Source: Cyanophyceae cyanobacterium (GTDB lineage Bacteria; Cyanobacteriota; Cyanobacteriia; Cyanobacteriales; Laspinemataceae). From it: a stretch of DNA of 64,000 bases. Numbering within the stretch: position 1 is the first letter of the stretch; the number at the start of each line of letters is the position of its first letter. The notes beneath the pieces are model-generated. The model did not search any database. It was not told where the DNA came from and was given only the letters and a program-made list of their open reading frames with translations. The translations under genes were made by a program, and so were the position numbers. Positions 38,836 to 47,952 of this stretch are shown here, in pieces. The DNA lies in the NCBI GenBank assembly GCA_038321985.1, contig JBBQFN010000019.1, positions 42,042 through 106,041 of the forward strand, in the 5' to 3' direction.

Positions 38836-40092
38836 TTATTTTACAGCCTCAATCAGTTTTTGATAAATATCTACCAGACGATCATTAAGCTCGTTAATGT
38901 TATAATGTTTTTCTACATAAGCACGACCAGCACGGCCCATTTTCAATCCCACCTCTGGATGATCTATAAGATAGGCTAGCTTCTGGGCGAGTCCATCCAC
39001 CTCTCTTTCAGGAACCAGGAAGCCGGAAATTCCATCTTCAATCAGTTCGGGGATCCCACTATGAAGAGTGCTGACTACTGGCAAACCTGTTGCCATTCCT
39101 TCCATTAAGGTAACGGGAATTCCCTCGCGATCGCCTTCTTGAGAGGTAACACTTGGGGCTAGCAAAATATCCACCTTTTGGAGCAAATCAAGGACTTCTG
39201 ACTGCTGCTTCCACCCCAATAAATTGACCTGATCGCTCACCTCAAGTTGAATAATTAAGTCCTCTAAGTATTCTCGTAAGGGGCCATCACCAACGATCTG
39301 GTACTGGATCTTTCGGCTCTTCCCGAGTTGGGCGATCGCGCGAATAGCGTATTCCACCCCTTTCTTTTCTACTAAACGCCCAATAGTCAGTATCTGAACA
39401 CAATCGTTATTCCGGGGTTTGGGTGGACGACAAGAAAACTTCGTACAATCAATTCCCATCCGATGCACAGCTATTTTATCCTCAGGGCATCCTAACTCCA
39501 GAAGTCGGCGCTTCCATAGTTCGCTAATCGGTTGAAATAGGTCACCTCCCTCGAATAAGTGAGCGTAAATATGTTCCCCATATTTCTGAAGATAATTGGA
39601 AATATCGAAGCCATGAAACGTCGTCACCAGGGGTCCCTGTAATGCACCAGTATCTCGTAACATCAACCCCCTCATGCCGTTACGTCCGTAGTGGCAATGG
39701 ATGATGTCATAGGCTCGCTTATTTCGCCTCTTTAAAAACGGAAGGGCTGAATAAAATAACCTCAACAAAACTGCCTGTTCGCCGTATTTGGAGAATTTAT
39801 ATTTAAAAGGATTTAAGGTCCGCCCCACGACGAGGGGATGATGAGAAAAATTCGTAAATAGCAGAACCGGAATTGCAACTATCCGTCGCATTCGTCCCAG
39901 TGGCATTCTAGTGTAGTAGGTGCGATTCAGCAGTTTATAGCGTTCTACGTCAGGATGAACTTTAGCCGTATCACCCTGGAGGTCAGCATAAATATCGACC
40001 TCATGGCCTCGATCAAGCAGCCCCGTTATCTGGTTTAAAATAAAAGTTTCTGATAAACTGGGAAACTGGTCTACAAGGAATGCGATTCGCAC
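38836..40092 (-). CDS. Glycosyltransferase family 4 (WcaL/AmsK-like)
   Basis: (M)RIAFLVDQFPSLSETFILNQI, HCHYG, TFHGFD, GRLVEKKG, DREGIPVTLMEGMA. GTG 40092 preferred; ORF open from 40176. Confidence 0.92.
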   Translation of the reverse strand: MRIAFLVDQFPSLSETFILNQITGLLDRGHEVDIYADLQGDTAKVHPDVERYKLLNRTYYTRMPLGRMRRIVAIPVLLFTNFSHHPLVVGRTLNPFKYKFSKYGEQAVLLRLFYSALPFLKRRNKRAYDIIHCHYGRNGMRGLMLRDTGALQGPLVTTFHGFDISNYLQKYGEHIYAHLFEGGDLFQPISELWKRRLLELGCPEDKIAVHRMGIDCTKFSCRPPKPRNNDCVQILTIGRLVEKKGVEYAIRAIAQLGKSRKIQYQIVGDGPLREYLEDLIIQLEVSDQVNLLGWKQQSEVLDLLQKVDILLAPSVTSQEGDREGIPVTLMEGMATGLPVVSTLHSGIPELIEDGISGFLVPEREVDGLAQKLAYLIDHPEVGLKMGRAGRAYVEKHYNINELNDRLVDIYQKLIEAVK

Positions 40093-40196
40093 GTTGGTTA
40101 TCCTTAAAGGGGTTGGGTAGCTATTAATAATTTGCTGGGTTAAGCCAGCGCTAGAGCGAACCGATGTAAAACTCACCCTATCGATTTTTAAAATTT

Positions 40197-41168
40197 TTAG
40201 ACGCCTGATGGTTGAAAGTTAGAGTTAATCATTAAACTTTCAATATCCATCCGAGCCGGTTCCGGTGGTATGAATTTAGGCACGCCAATTGCAATAATCG
40301 CGATCGGAGAGATATAGGCGGCGATCCCCATCTTATGGGCGAAGTTTTCATATATTTTTTTGTTAACTTCTCGCGAATTTATCAAATCATCTGCAAAATG
40401 ATTCCAACAGACGCCTAATCCACATTGGTGAGCTAGCAATACCATTTGCATGATGGCTGCCCCAGAATCAATAAAAACTCCTCGCTCCTCTCGACCGAGT
40501 GCTCCATACACCCGAGTATCCATCCCTACAAATATGAGCAAGGGAGCGTTGATGCAATGTTCTTCTTTTATTTTCTCTAAAAGTTCTTTTTCTTGTCTAT
40601 TTTGTAAAATAATAAACCGCCACGGTTGACGATTGCCTGAGGTCGGTGCCCATCGTGCGGCATCAATCATGCTGTAGGCTATTTCTAGAAGGACCTGTCC
40701 TTCTGGTTGTTGCTCAGCCCAGACTCGAACGCTACGTCTTGAGCGCAAAAATTCTAGAAAGGGTTGGGCGGATGTCGGGTTAAATGCTTGGGCCGGAAGG
40801 CTATTTTTGACGATAAAATCTTCTTCTAGATTGCTAAAAGTATCATAGATTTTCTTAGACCAAACGATGGTTGGTTCATTTTCAGGATAATCTCGTTCCT
40901 TAAGAATCTGGTAAATTACAGCAAGGGTTTGCCACTTTTGGCTATAAATACTGTGTTTTGATTCCAGTATCTGGTTATAAACTGATTTTTCAATTCGATG
41001 AGATTCATGACGCATAAGGCTAAGCAGTTCATCATTGCTTTTGCTGGACAGATCATCGTACGGGTTGGTGGATTGAGGAGAACGCCGAAAAACAAAATGG
41101 TAAATAGCCAACAGGCCTGGGATCTGCTTTAATTGAGACTTAATGTTCATTTTTTCCTTCCAATTCAT
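40197..41168 (-). CDS. Nitroreductase family flavoprotein with N-terminal extension
   Basis: RRSVR (FMN binding), AARWAPTSGNRQPWRF, DSGAAIMQMVLLAH..GLGVCW. Confidence 0.88.
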   Translation of the reverse strand: MNWKEKMNIKSQLKQIPGLLAIYHFVFRRSPQSTNPYDDLSSKSNDELLSLMRHESHRIEKSVYNQILESKHSIYSQKWQTLAVIYQILKERDYPENEPTIVWSKKIYDTFSNLEEDFIVKNSLPAQAFNPTSAQPFLEFLRSRRSVRVWAEQQPEGQVLLEIAYSMIDAARWAPTSGNRQPWRFIILQNRQEKELLEKIKEEHCINAPLLIFVGMDTRVYGALGREERGVFIDSGAAIMQMVLLAHQCGLGVCWNHFADDLINSREVNKKIYENFAHKMGIAAYISPIAIIAIGVPKFIPPEPARMDIESLMINSNFQPSGV

Positions 41169-41232
41169 CTTAGCAAAGTATCAAAAAATACTCTACATTT
41201 TTTCGATATCCATCTGCAAAACTCTGACAGTT

Positions 41233-42303
41233 TTAGGGTAGCCCCACCATTTCTGGTATCCGGTCAAAATAAAGGGCATTCCAGTCTGGAACTTCTCGAC
41301 TTTCAGCAGCTAAACACTGAGTTACTAAACTTGGAATTTCATTTAGATTTTCTGCTAAAGCCACGAAAGGAACATCTTGAAACCACGAAATAGCCGATGT
41401 TAATTTATGATCCACCGTAGGCAATACTACACAGGGTTTTCGACAAAGCACCGCAAAAATCACCCCGTGATAGCGATCGGTAACTACTACATCGCACGCG
41501 AGGAATAAATCTAGGGTATTGTCCAACGTTTTTTCTCGCTCACCCGCAGCAATGGGTTGATCGAGAGTGGTATCGTAGTAAGTACAGGGATAGGGCAGAG
41601 AATGGCCGATTTCTTGACGCTGTGCCTCGGTTAAAGCAGATTCATCATCGAGACGCAAACACAGAAGAACTTTTGGCGGTTCGTTTTTTGTTGGTGATTC
41701 TCTGGGAGCCATAGATAAAACAAAGTCCGGCATACAAAATGTCTTGGCTTTAGGAAAAAGTTCTGTGGCTAATTCGCCACTGCGAGGATCTCGTCCAATT
41801 ACCGTTAGATTGGGGTGAGTTGCATAAATTTGTCGGCTATTTTCCTGTTCGGTTCTGCCTACTTTAGTGTCGCTAAAGTAAATAGTTTGGGGCAGACTGA
41901 CAATCTGATTGGCGGGAAAGGAAGTGAGTAATAAGCGCCGACGGCTTTCAGACCAAATACCCCTATCACCGAGATTTCCACCGCTGTGTAAGAAAAAAAT
42001 GTCTTCCGGCTGAACCAACCACTTCAATCCAGGCAAGAAATGCTGGCATTCATCCTTATCTAGTTCAATAACAGGTAGATCAGGAAAATGTTTTTTTAGC
42101 CACCCATGAATGGCGATCGCTTGTGCCTGATCCCCCACATTGGGTAGGTAGGGGGGCGGCGTTAAAGCGTAGATAATTTTTCTCTGCTGCGTAAGATGTC
42201 TGTATTTATAGAAAAAACCCAGATTATCTCCTATTCTCAGCGGGACTTTACCAACATTAACGACCTTTCTACCAACCTTTCCGATAATGCTTTTGATCCC
42301 CAT
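41233..42303 (-). CDS. Polysaccharide pyruvyl transferase family protein
   Basis: NVGDQA, HSGGNLGD, LPQTIYF, GRDP.S, PDFV, VTDRYHG. Confidence 0.88.
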   Translation of the reverse strand: MGIKSIIGKVGRKVVNVGKVPLRIGDNLGFFYKYRHLTQQRKIIYALTPPPYLPNVGDQAQAIAIHGWLKKHFPDLPVIELDKDECQHFLPGLKWLVQPEDIFFLHSGGNLGDRGIWSESRRRLLLTSFPANQIVSLPQTIYFSDTKVGRTEQENSRQIYATHPNLTVIGRDPRSGELATELFPKAKTFCMPDFVLSMAPRESPTKNEPPKVLLCLRLDDESALTEAQRQEIGHSLPYPCTYYDTTLDQPIAAGEREKTLDNTLDLFLACDVVVTDRYHGVIFAVLCRKPCVVLPTVDHKLTSAISWFQDVPFVALAENLNEIPSLVTQCLAAESREVPDWNALYFDRIPEMVGLP

Positions 42304-42372
42304 GCCTACCTCTTTTAATTGAGTTACTGTAATTTGATAGTTTTTGGTTCAACTACAATTTTTTAGTTTAAG

Positions 42373-43908
42373 TTAATTTCTTTGCTGTGGGGGTCGAAGT
42401 TCCTTAGAAAGTTGCAAGATTTCCAAAAGTATCTGTCTGCCGTTGGGAAGTATTAGCCACAAGCCTAAGTAAAATAATCCATATAAAACGCAATTTATCA
42501 ATAGCAAAATAGCTCCCTTTATGCCACTGAACACTAGAGAATTTATCATAAAAAGTAACCAACCTGCACCGATGGATGCCACCGTCGGTCGAGATAAGGT
42601 GATGGCTAGATCTCTCAACCGCAGGGGCGAATCTTTATAAGCATAAACCAGGCCAGGAACTTGGAGAATGACCCGGGAGATACTGTAGCCTGCAGCCACA
42701 CCAATCGTACCCCATCGGATCCCAATAACGAAACTAAGAACGGTAATACTTGATGAAATAATACTCCAATGGAACTGACGATCAGTACGGCCAAATGAAA
42801 TAAAGGCCCATCCGGCTGCCATATTGAAGGTACCCAAAAAAGCAGCCACAGATAACACCTGGAAGATAGGAACTGCCTCTGTCCATTGCGAACCTAGAAG
42901 GGTAACTATGAGATTATCGGCAGTAATAAAGCAAAAGGCAATAATCGGCATCCCCAACGTCACCATCACGAGAATCGCCTTATGATAATAAGAACGATAT
43001 CGCTCCGGTTCATTTTGAAGACGACACAGAGTGGGAATAGCTACGTTCCTGAGAGGGAGGCTGATTTGTTCAATAGGTAGCAATAACAGTTGGTAAGCCT
43101 TAGCATAAAGACCTAACGGTCCCGCTCCCAAGCGCCATCCAATAATAACATTGTCAAAGTTGCGCGCCAAGTAGTTGACCATACTAAATCCTGTGAAATT
43201 CCCCCCGAAAGCCAGCATAGAACGAACCCCAGCGTTGCGAACGGGAGAACCCGGACGCCAACCGCACAAGACCCAAACCCCCACTGCCGTGACAATTACC
43301 TGTATTAATTGTAGGATTACCAGTGACCAATATCCTGCTCCATATTGAGCCGCGATTAAGGCTACGCCGACACTTACCAACATGGAGGTAATCTCGATCG
43401 CCGCTAATGCCCCAAATCTCATCTGCCTACGCAGTAAGGCTTGGTGCTGTACGCTCAAACCCCCAAAGATAAAGCCCATCCCTAAAAAGATTGTAATTCT
43501 TGTCAAACGGGGCTCCTGGTAGAACCAAGCCAGCCCTGGTGCCAGCAACCAAGTCACCACCATCAGAACGGCGCTAATTCCTAGGTTGATCCAAAACAGG
43601 GTGCTAACTTGACGGTGGTTCACTTCAGACCGTTGAATCGTTGCCAGAGACAAACCTAAGTCTCGGAATTGATCTAAAAAACCGACCACCACCGTCACCA
43701 TGCCTAGTAAACCGTAGTCTAGGGGGGTGAGTAGACGAGCAAGAATAATCGTGGAAGCGGTTCTCAAGATAAATTTGGCTACTTGGGCCACCAGGGTGAT
43801 CGCACCACTACGAATCGAGCGACCTTTAAGATCTGCCTCTATGTGATCCGTTCTGAAGTGGAGATCCGGGTCAGTGGAACGAGGACCGTTTTTAGGGATC
43901 TTAGACAA
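42373..43908 (-). CDS. wzx: Wzx flippase (WzxC/PST family)
   Basis: ILARLLTPLDYG, DLGLS.A.IQ, NFDNVIIG..LG...LGLY.KAY; about 12 TM segments; TTG start with AGGAG. Confidence 0.9.
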   Translation of the reverse strand: MSKIPKNGPRSTDPDLHFRTDHIEADLKGRSIRSGAITLVAQVAKFILRTASTIILARLLTPLDYGLLGMVTVVVGFLDQFRDLGLSLATIQRSEVNHRQVSTLFWINLGISAVLMVVTWLLAPGLAWFYQEPRLTRITIFLGMGFIFGGLSVQHQALLRRQMRFGALAAIEITSMLVSVGVALIAAQYGAGYWSLVILQLIQVIVTAVGVWVLCGWRPGSPVRNAGVRSMLAFGGNFTGFSMVNYLARNFDNVIIGWRLGAGPLGLYAKAYQLLLLPIEQISLPLRNVAIPTLCRLQNEPERYRSYYHKAILVMVTLGMPIIAFCFITADNLIVTLLGSQWTEAVPIFQVLSVAAFLGTFNMAAGWAFISFGRTDRQFHWSIISSSITVLSFVIGIRWGTIGVAAGYSISRVILQVPGLVYAYKDSPLRLRDLAITLSRPTVASIGAGWLLFMINSLVFSGIKGAILLLINCVLYGLFYLGLWLILPNGRQILLEILQLSKELRPPQQRN

Positions 43909-44000
43909 AGGACTCCTACAAAGAAATATTGTAAATAATATCGAGGGGCCTTAGCAGGTTAGGACCAATTCTAGACCCGAGTTTGAATCCAAAACGGTCT

Positions 44001-44951
44001 TTAATTTATCCATTCTGAGAGGTCGCGATTGATCAACTCTTGTAGTTTGAGAATATCTTCTCGGTAAAGATTGTTCAGTTCCTGCCGCACCTCTGGAGAT
44101 AGGGGCGGTTTAGCAATGTTATGCTTCTGAATCTTGCTTACAATTTGCTTGCGAAATTGTTCAGGTAAGATTGCTTTCAGGCCACTTTTGATAGGGTTCG
44201 GCTGAGTCAACAGACTATTCAACAGTTGATTTTTAGGGATTCCAGAAACAAGATGTTTTTTTGAAACATCCGGTAGCCAATCCCCATTCACACCCACAAA
44301 TCCCAAAATATCTTCTAGCAAGCCAGTTGAATCCCTTACTAAATCTTCATACAAATAAACTTTTATCTGATTTCTATCAAAAATATCGAAATATCGCCTC
44401 ATCTGCTCATAGTAGAACCCGACCCGGATGTAGTGACGCTCTCCCCACCAGACATCATTCCGTTTACTATAATCTTCTTTTTCTAAAACTTGGCGAAAAT
44501 CCAGAATGGGTTCACCCCCCTGTTGTACTCGGTGGATAAAGGAAGAGTAAGCTCGTTCGACCGGATGGCGGAGGATGGCGATTAACCTAGCATCAGGGAT
44601 GTAGTGATGGATGCCTTGAGGTGCTTTAGGATGATAGATGTATGCAGGGGATGCTTCCCCAATAGCAATTTCATCACCCACTCCATCAAAGAGTGCTTGG
44701 TATTGTCCTATCTCGGTGATTGCATTATTAATAAGTTCTCGATAGCGATTACTTGAATCTAGAGGACGGGCGGTCGAGCCATCCGATTTTGCAGGAGGAG
44801 GACCTGATTCAATATTAAGACCTTCAAAAGCAAAAAAACCAGGCTCCTTAACCGGACTCATGTAAATTTTTGGATGCTGCTTTAAATAGTGGTAGAGTGC
44901 AGTAGTTCCTGATTTAGGCGCACCGATAATTAAAAAATTTGGCATCGTCAT
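44001..44951 (-). CDS. Sulfotransferase
   Basis: PNFLIIGAPKSGTTAL (5'-PSB), KEP.FF, GEASPAY, ILRHPVERAYS (3'-PB). Confidence 0.92.
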   Translation of the reverse strand: MTMPNFLIIGAPKSGTTALYHYLKQHPKIYMSPVKEPGFFAFEGLNIESGPPPAKSDGSTARPLDSSNRYRELINNAITEIGQYQALFDGVGDEIAIGEASPAYIYHPKAPQGIHHYIPDARLIAILRHPVERAYSSFIHRVQQGGEPILDFRQVLEKEDYSKRNDVWWGERHYIRVGFYYEQMRRYFDIFDRNQIKVYLYEDLVRDSTGLLEDILGFVGVNGDWLPDVSKKHLVSGIPKNQLLNSLLTQPNPIKSGLKAILPEQFRKQIVSKIQKHNIAKPPLSPEVRQELNNLYREDILKLQELINRDLSEWIN

Positions 44952-46006
44952 ATAGTTTACCCTTCCTAAAAGCCGTGAAACGGTTACAAAACCAACTTAA
45001 AAAGACGTAATTTATCTATACAAAATGTACATAAATGTTGACAATTCCGAGTTCCTCCTCCGCTTTCTGAGATTTGTAACAGCTATATTTCCTAAACTCA
45101 AACTCATAAATAAATTTTATAATTAATTTCTGAAGTATTTTAAATTTTTACTAATTTAATTAATTTATAAATTAGATTAATTAAAATATTCTAATTCTAG
45201 TTTATTATCATATTTTCCCCGGTTTTGTTTTATTTTAGAAATCTATTCAATCTTTCATTAAATTGATAATAACTCCAATTTTTATTTTTTATCTATTCTC
45301 CTTATCTAGAAAATTTTGCTCAGCAATCGATCACAGCGTGTACAGTTGGCGGTCCCCTCCAGTTTTAGAAAAACCCAGGTTTACCGATAGCAGCACCCCC
45401 CTTGCTAGGAGGGGCGTGAATTATTTTACTCTGGGGGCATTTTAGAATTTGGGATCACTCAACATTATTACATCTCTGAACCTAACCCGCCTTTTTTTGT
45501 AATGAGTTGCCTTCCTGCCATTTAAGCAAGATTCATTCAGCATTTAGATGTAAGCGTCAAATCGAGTGGGTGGGCAACTTACAAGGAGACCTTATAAAAG
45601 CCTTCACTTTCTAGCTATGCGCTCCGGCTGCGTGTTTCTGTCCTTAGTTTAATCAATACCATTCGTGCCGAGTGCAAAGGCCCTAGAATAAGCCATTAGG
45701 CTAGTTCATTTAGACTACCATAGCTAAAGTCGGTAAAGGTTCAAGAGCAGCAAATCGGGATTCAGGCATAGCTACTGCACCCTCCTTATGTAGAAGGAAG
45801 CCAAGCAATTGGATAAGGATAAAAATCGGACGCCTAGCGTATTTATCCTATGTCATAATTATAATGCAAGGAGGACAAGCAGAAGAACATAGCTTGCCCA
45901 GGGATTATGAATCTTACCGTATGGGTCTTTGTACTAACCAGAACCATCCCTCGCTCTCGTGCGTTAAGTTTAAGTAGTAGAAACATCTTCTGTCTCCGGA
46001 GTGTGT

Positions 46007-47878
46007 ATGTTCCCTCCAGGTTTTTCCCAAAAAATAAGTAAACCCCTTGCGAAGGGCAGCCTGCTGGCCCTTTTGGGGTCCGTGTCTTTGCCATTGTCTA
46101 GTCAGGCTCAGGTGCCTTTTCAGCAAATTCATGCCCAGTTACAACAGGATCCGAGTCCCTTGGGATCAGACCTCGAGTACAGATTAGCACCAGGCGATCA
46201 GATTCGGATCGAGAACGCAGAAGGACGGGAATATAGTGGCGATTTTGTCATTCCCAGGGATGGGAATATTTCTCTCCCGCTTGTTGGTACTGTAGGAATC
46301 TCGGGTTTGACGATCAAGGATGCAACTGAGTTGCTTGTCGCTCGATACCAGCGCTTTTTTAAATATCCCCAGATAGGCTTGAGTTTGATTATTCCTCGCG
46401 CTTTGAACATCGTTATTTCCGGAGAAGTCTCTTTTCCAGGGGCCTACACAATCCCAGTCCAAGACACTCGATTCCCTGGTGCCCAGTTGCCACCCGTCAC
46501 TCAGGCACTTCAGCTGGCTGGGGGAGTCAACCTAGCAGCTAACCTCCGGCAAGTTGAGGTACGCCGACAATCCGTTAATGCTCCGCCACAAGTTATTACT
46601 CTCGATTTATGGGCATTTTTAGAAAGAGGAGATGCCAGTCAAAATATCCCCCTACGTGACGGAGACACAATTTTCGTCCCTACGGCAGATGTAATTAACA
46701 TAGAAGAATTACGACGACAGGCAACAACCAACTTTTCCTCCGATCCGAATGCAGCTCGGACAGTGGTTGTGGTGGGAGAGGTTCAGCGTCCAGGTACTTA
46801 CATTATTAAAGGAGGAGAAACCAGAAGCGAACGTGTATCTGAAGGACTGCCCACTGTTACCCGTGCTCTGCAGTTAGCCGGAGGTGTAACGGCCACTGCA
46901 GATATTCGCGAGGTCTCGATCCGTCGCCTCACCCATTCCGGCAGTGAACAAACCCTTACTGTAAATCTTTGGGATTTTTTGCAGTTAGGTGCAGTTAGTG
47001 AAGATACTATACTCCAAGATGGGGATACGATTGTAGTTCCAACAGCAGCCGGACCCAACCTGGAAGAAACTAGGGAAATACTCCAAACAAACTTTGCGAT
47101 TCCAATGACTGAGCCTCGCACGGTGATGGTGGTAGGCGCAGTCACGCGGCCGGGATCCTATGTTGTTCAAGGGGGAGACACAGCAGTTGATCGGGTATCC
47201 TTTGTGGGATTACCCTCTGTGACCAGAGCCATTCAGTTGGCTGGAGGAATTCTGCCCGAAGCTGATGTCCGACAGGTACAGATCAAACGCCCCACCAAAG
47301 CTGGCGGGGAACAATTGGTGAACGTAGATTTATGGCAGTTGTTACAGACAGGAAATAGGAGCCTAGACCCGATCGTGGCAGAGGGAGATACAATTGTGGT
47401 TCCCCTGGCCAGTGAAAGCAACCCCAAAGAATCTGCTGAACTTGCAGCCTCTAGTTTTGCCCCAGAGTTTATTCAAGTTTATGTTGTTGGAGAAGTGGGG
47501 CAAATTGGAAATTTTAGACGTGAACCTGTACAGTTACCAGGCAATACAACTTTGAATCAAGCCTTGCTGGCCGCTGGAGGATTTCAAAATAGTCGAGCCA
47601 ATCAAAGTTCAGTGGATCTGATTCGGGTAAACCCCAATGGTACGGTGAGTTATAGGACAATTTTGGTGAATTTTGAAGATCCCATAAATGAACAAAGCAA
47701 TCCTCTACTTCGTGATAATGACATGATTATAGTTGAACGATCAAGGATTGCTCGCTTTGCAGATACATTGCAAACTTCATTGGGTTCAGTCGTGACCCTT
47801 CGCCAAGTAGTTGATGTCCCGTTTAGGATATTAGAGTTTTTGCAGTTTTTAGGCATTTTTAGATCACCCAATCGGTAA
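46007..47878 (+). CDS. wza: Polysaccharide export protein (Wza/OPX-like) with tandem SLBB domains
   Basis: YRLAPGDQI...DGNISLPLVG Poly_export motif and four V.GEV..PG...ALQLAGG...GDTI.VP repeats. Exact start uncertain (46001 or 46007). Confidence 0.88.
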   Translation: MFPPGFSQKISKPLAKGSLLALLGSVSLPLSSQAQVPFQQIHAQLQQDPSPLGSDLEYRLAPGDQIRIENAEGREYSGDFVIPRDGNISLPLVGTVGISGLTIKDATELLVARYQRFFKYPQIGLSLIIPRALNIVISGEVSFPGAYTIPVQDTRFPGAQLPPVTQALQLAGGVNLAANLRQVEVRRQSVNAPPQVITLDLWAFLERGDASQNIPLRDGDTIFVPTADVINIEELRRQATTNFSSDPNAARTVVVVGEVQRPGTYIIKGGETRSERVSEGLPTVTRALQLAGGVTATADIREVSIRRLTHSGSEQTLTVNLWDFLQLGAVSEDTILQDGDTIVVPTAAGPNLEETREILQTNFAIPMTEPRTVMVVGAVTRPGSYVVQGGDTAVDRVSFVGLPSVTRAIQLAGGILPEADVRQVQIKRPTKAGGEQLVNVDLWQLLQTGNRSLDPIVAEGDTIVVPLASESNPKESAELAASSFAPEFIQVYVVGEVGQIGNFRREPVQLPGNTTLNQALLAAGGFQNSRANQSSVDLIRVNPNGTVSYRTILVNFEDPINEQSNPLLRDNDMIIVERSRIARFADTLQTSLGSVVTLRQVVDVPFRILEFLQFLGIFRSPNR

Positions 47879-47952
47879 ATTAATTATCAATAAATCTATC
47901 AAATTTTTCAAAATTATCATTAAAAATTACCAGAAATTTTAGAGGATTAAAC

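Noticed and set aside
45843..46132. Two short - strand ORFs upstream of or overlapping wza
   Set aside because: No motifs, and they overlap the wza start region.
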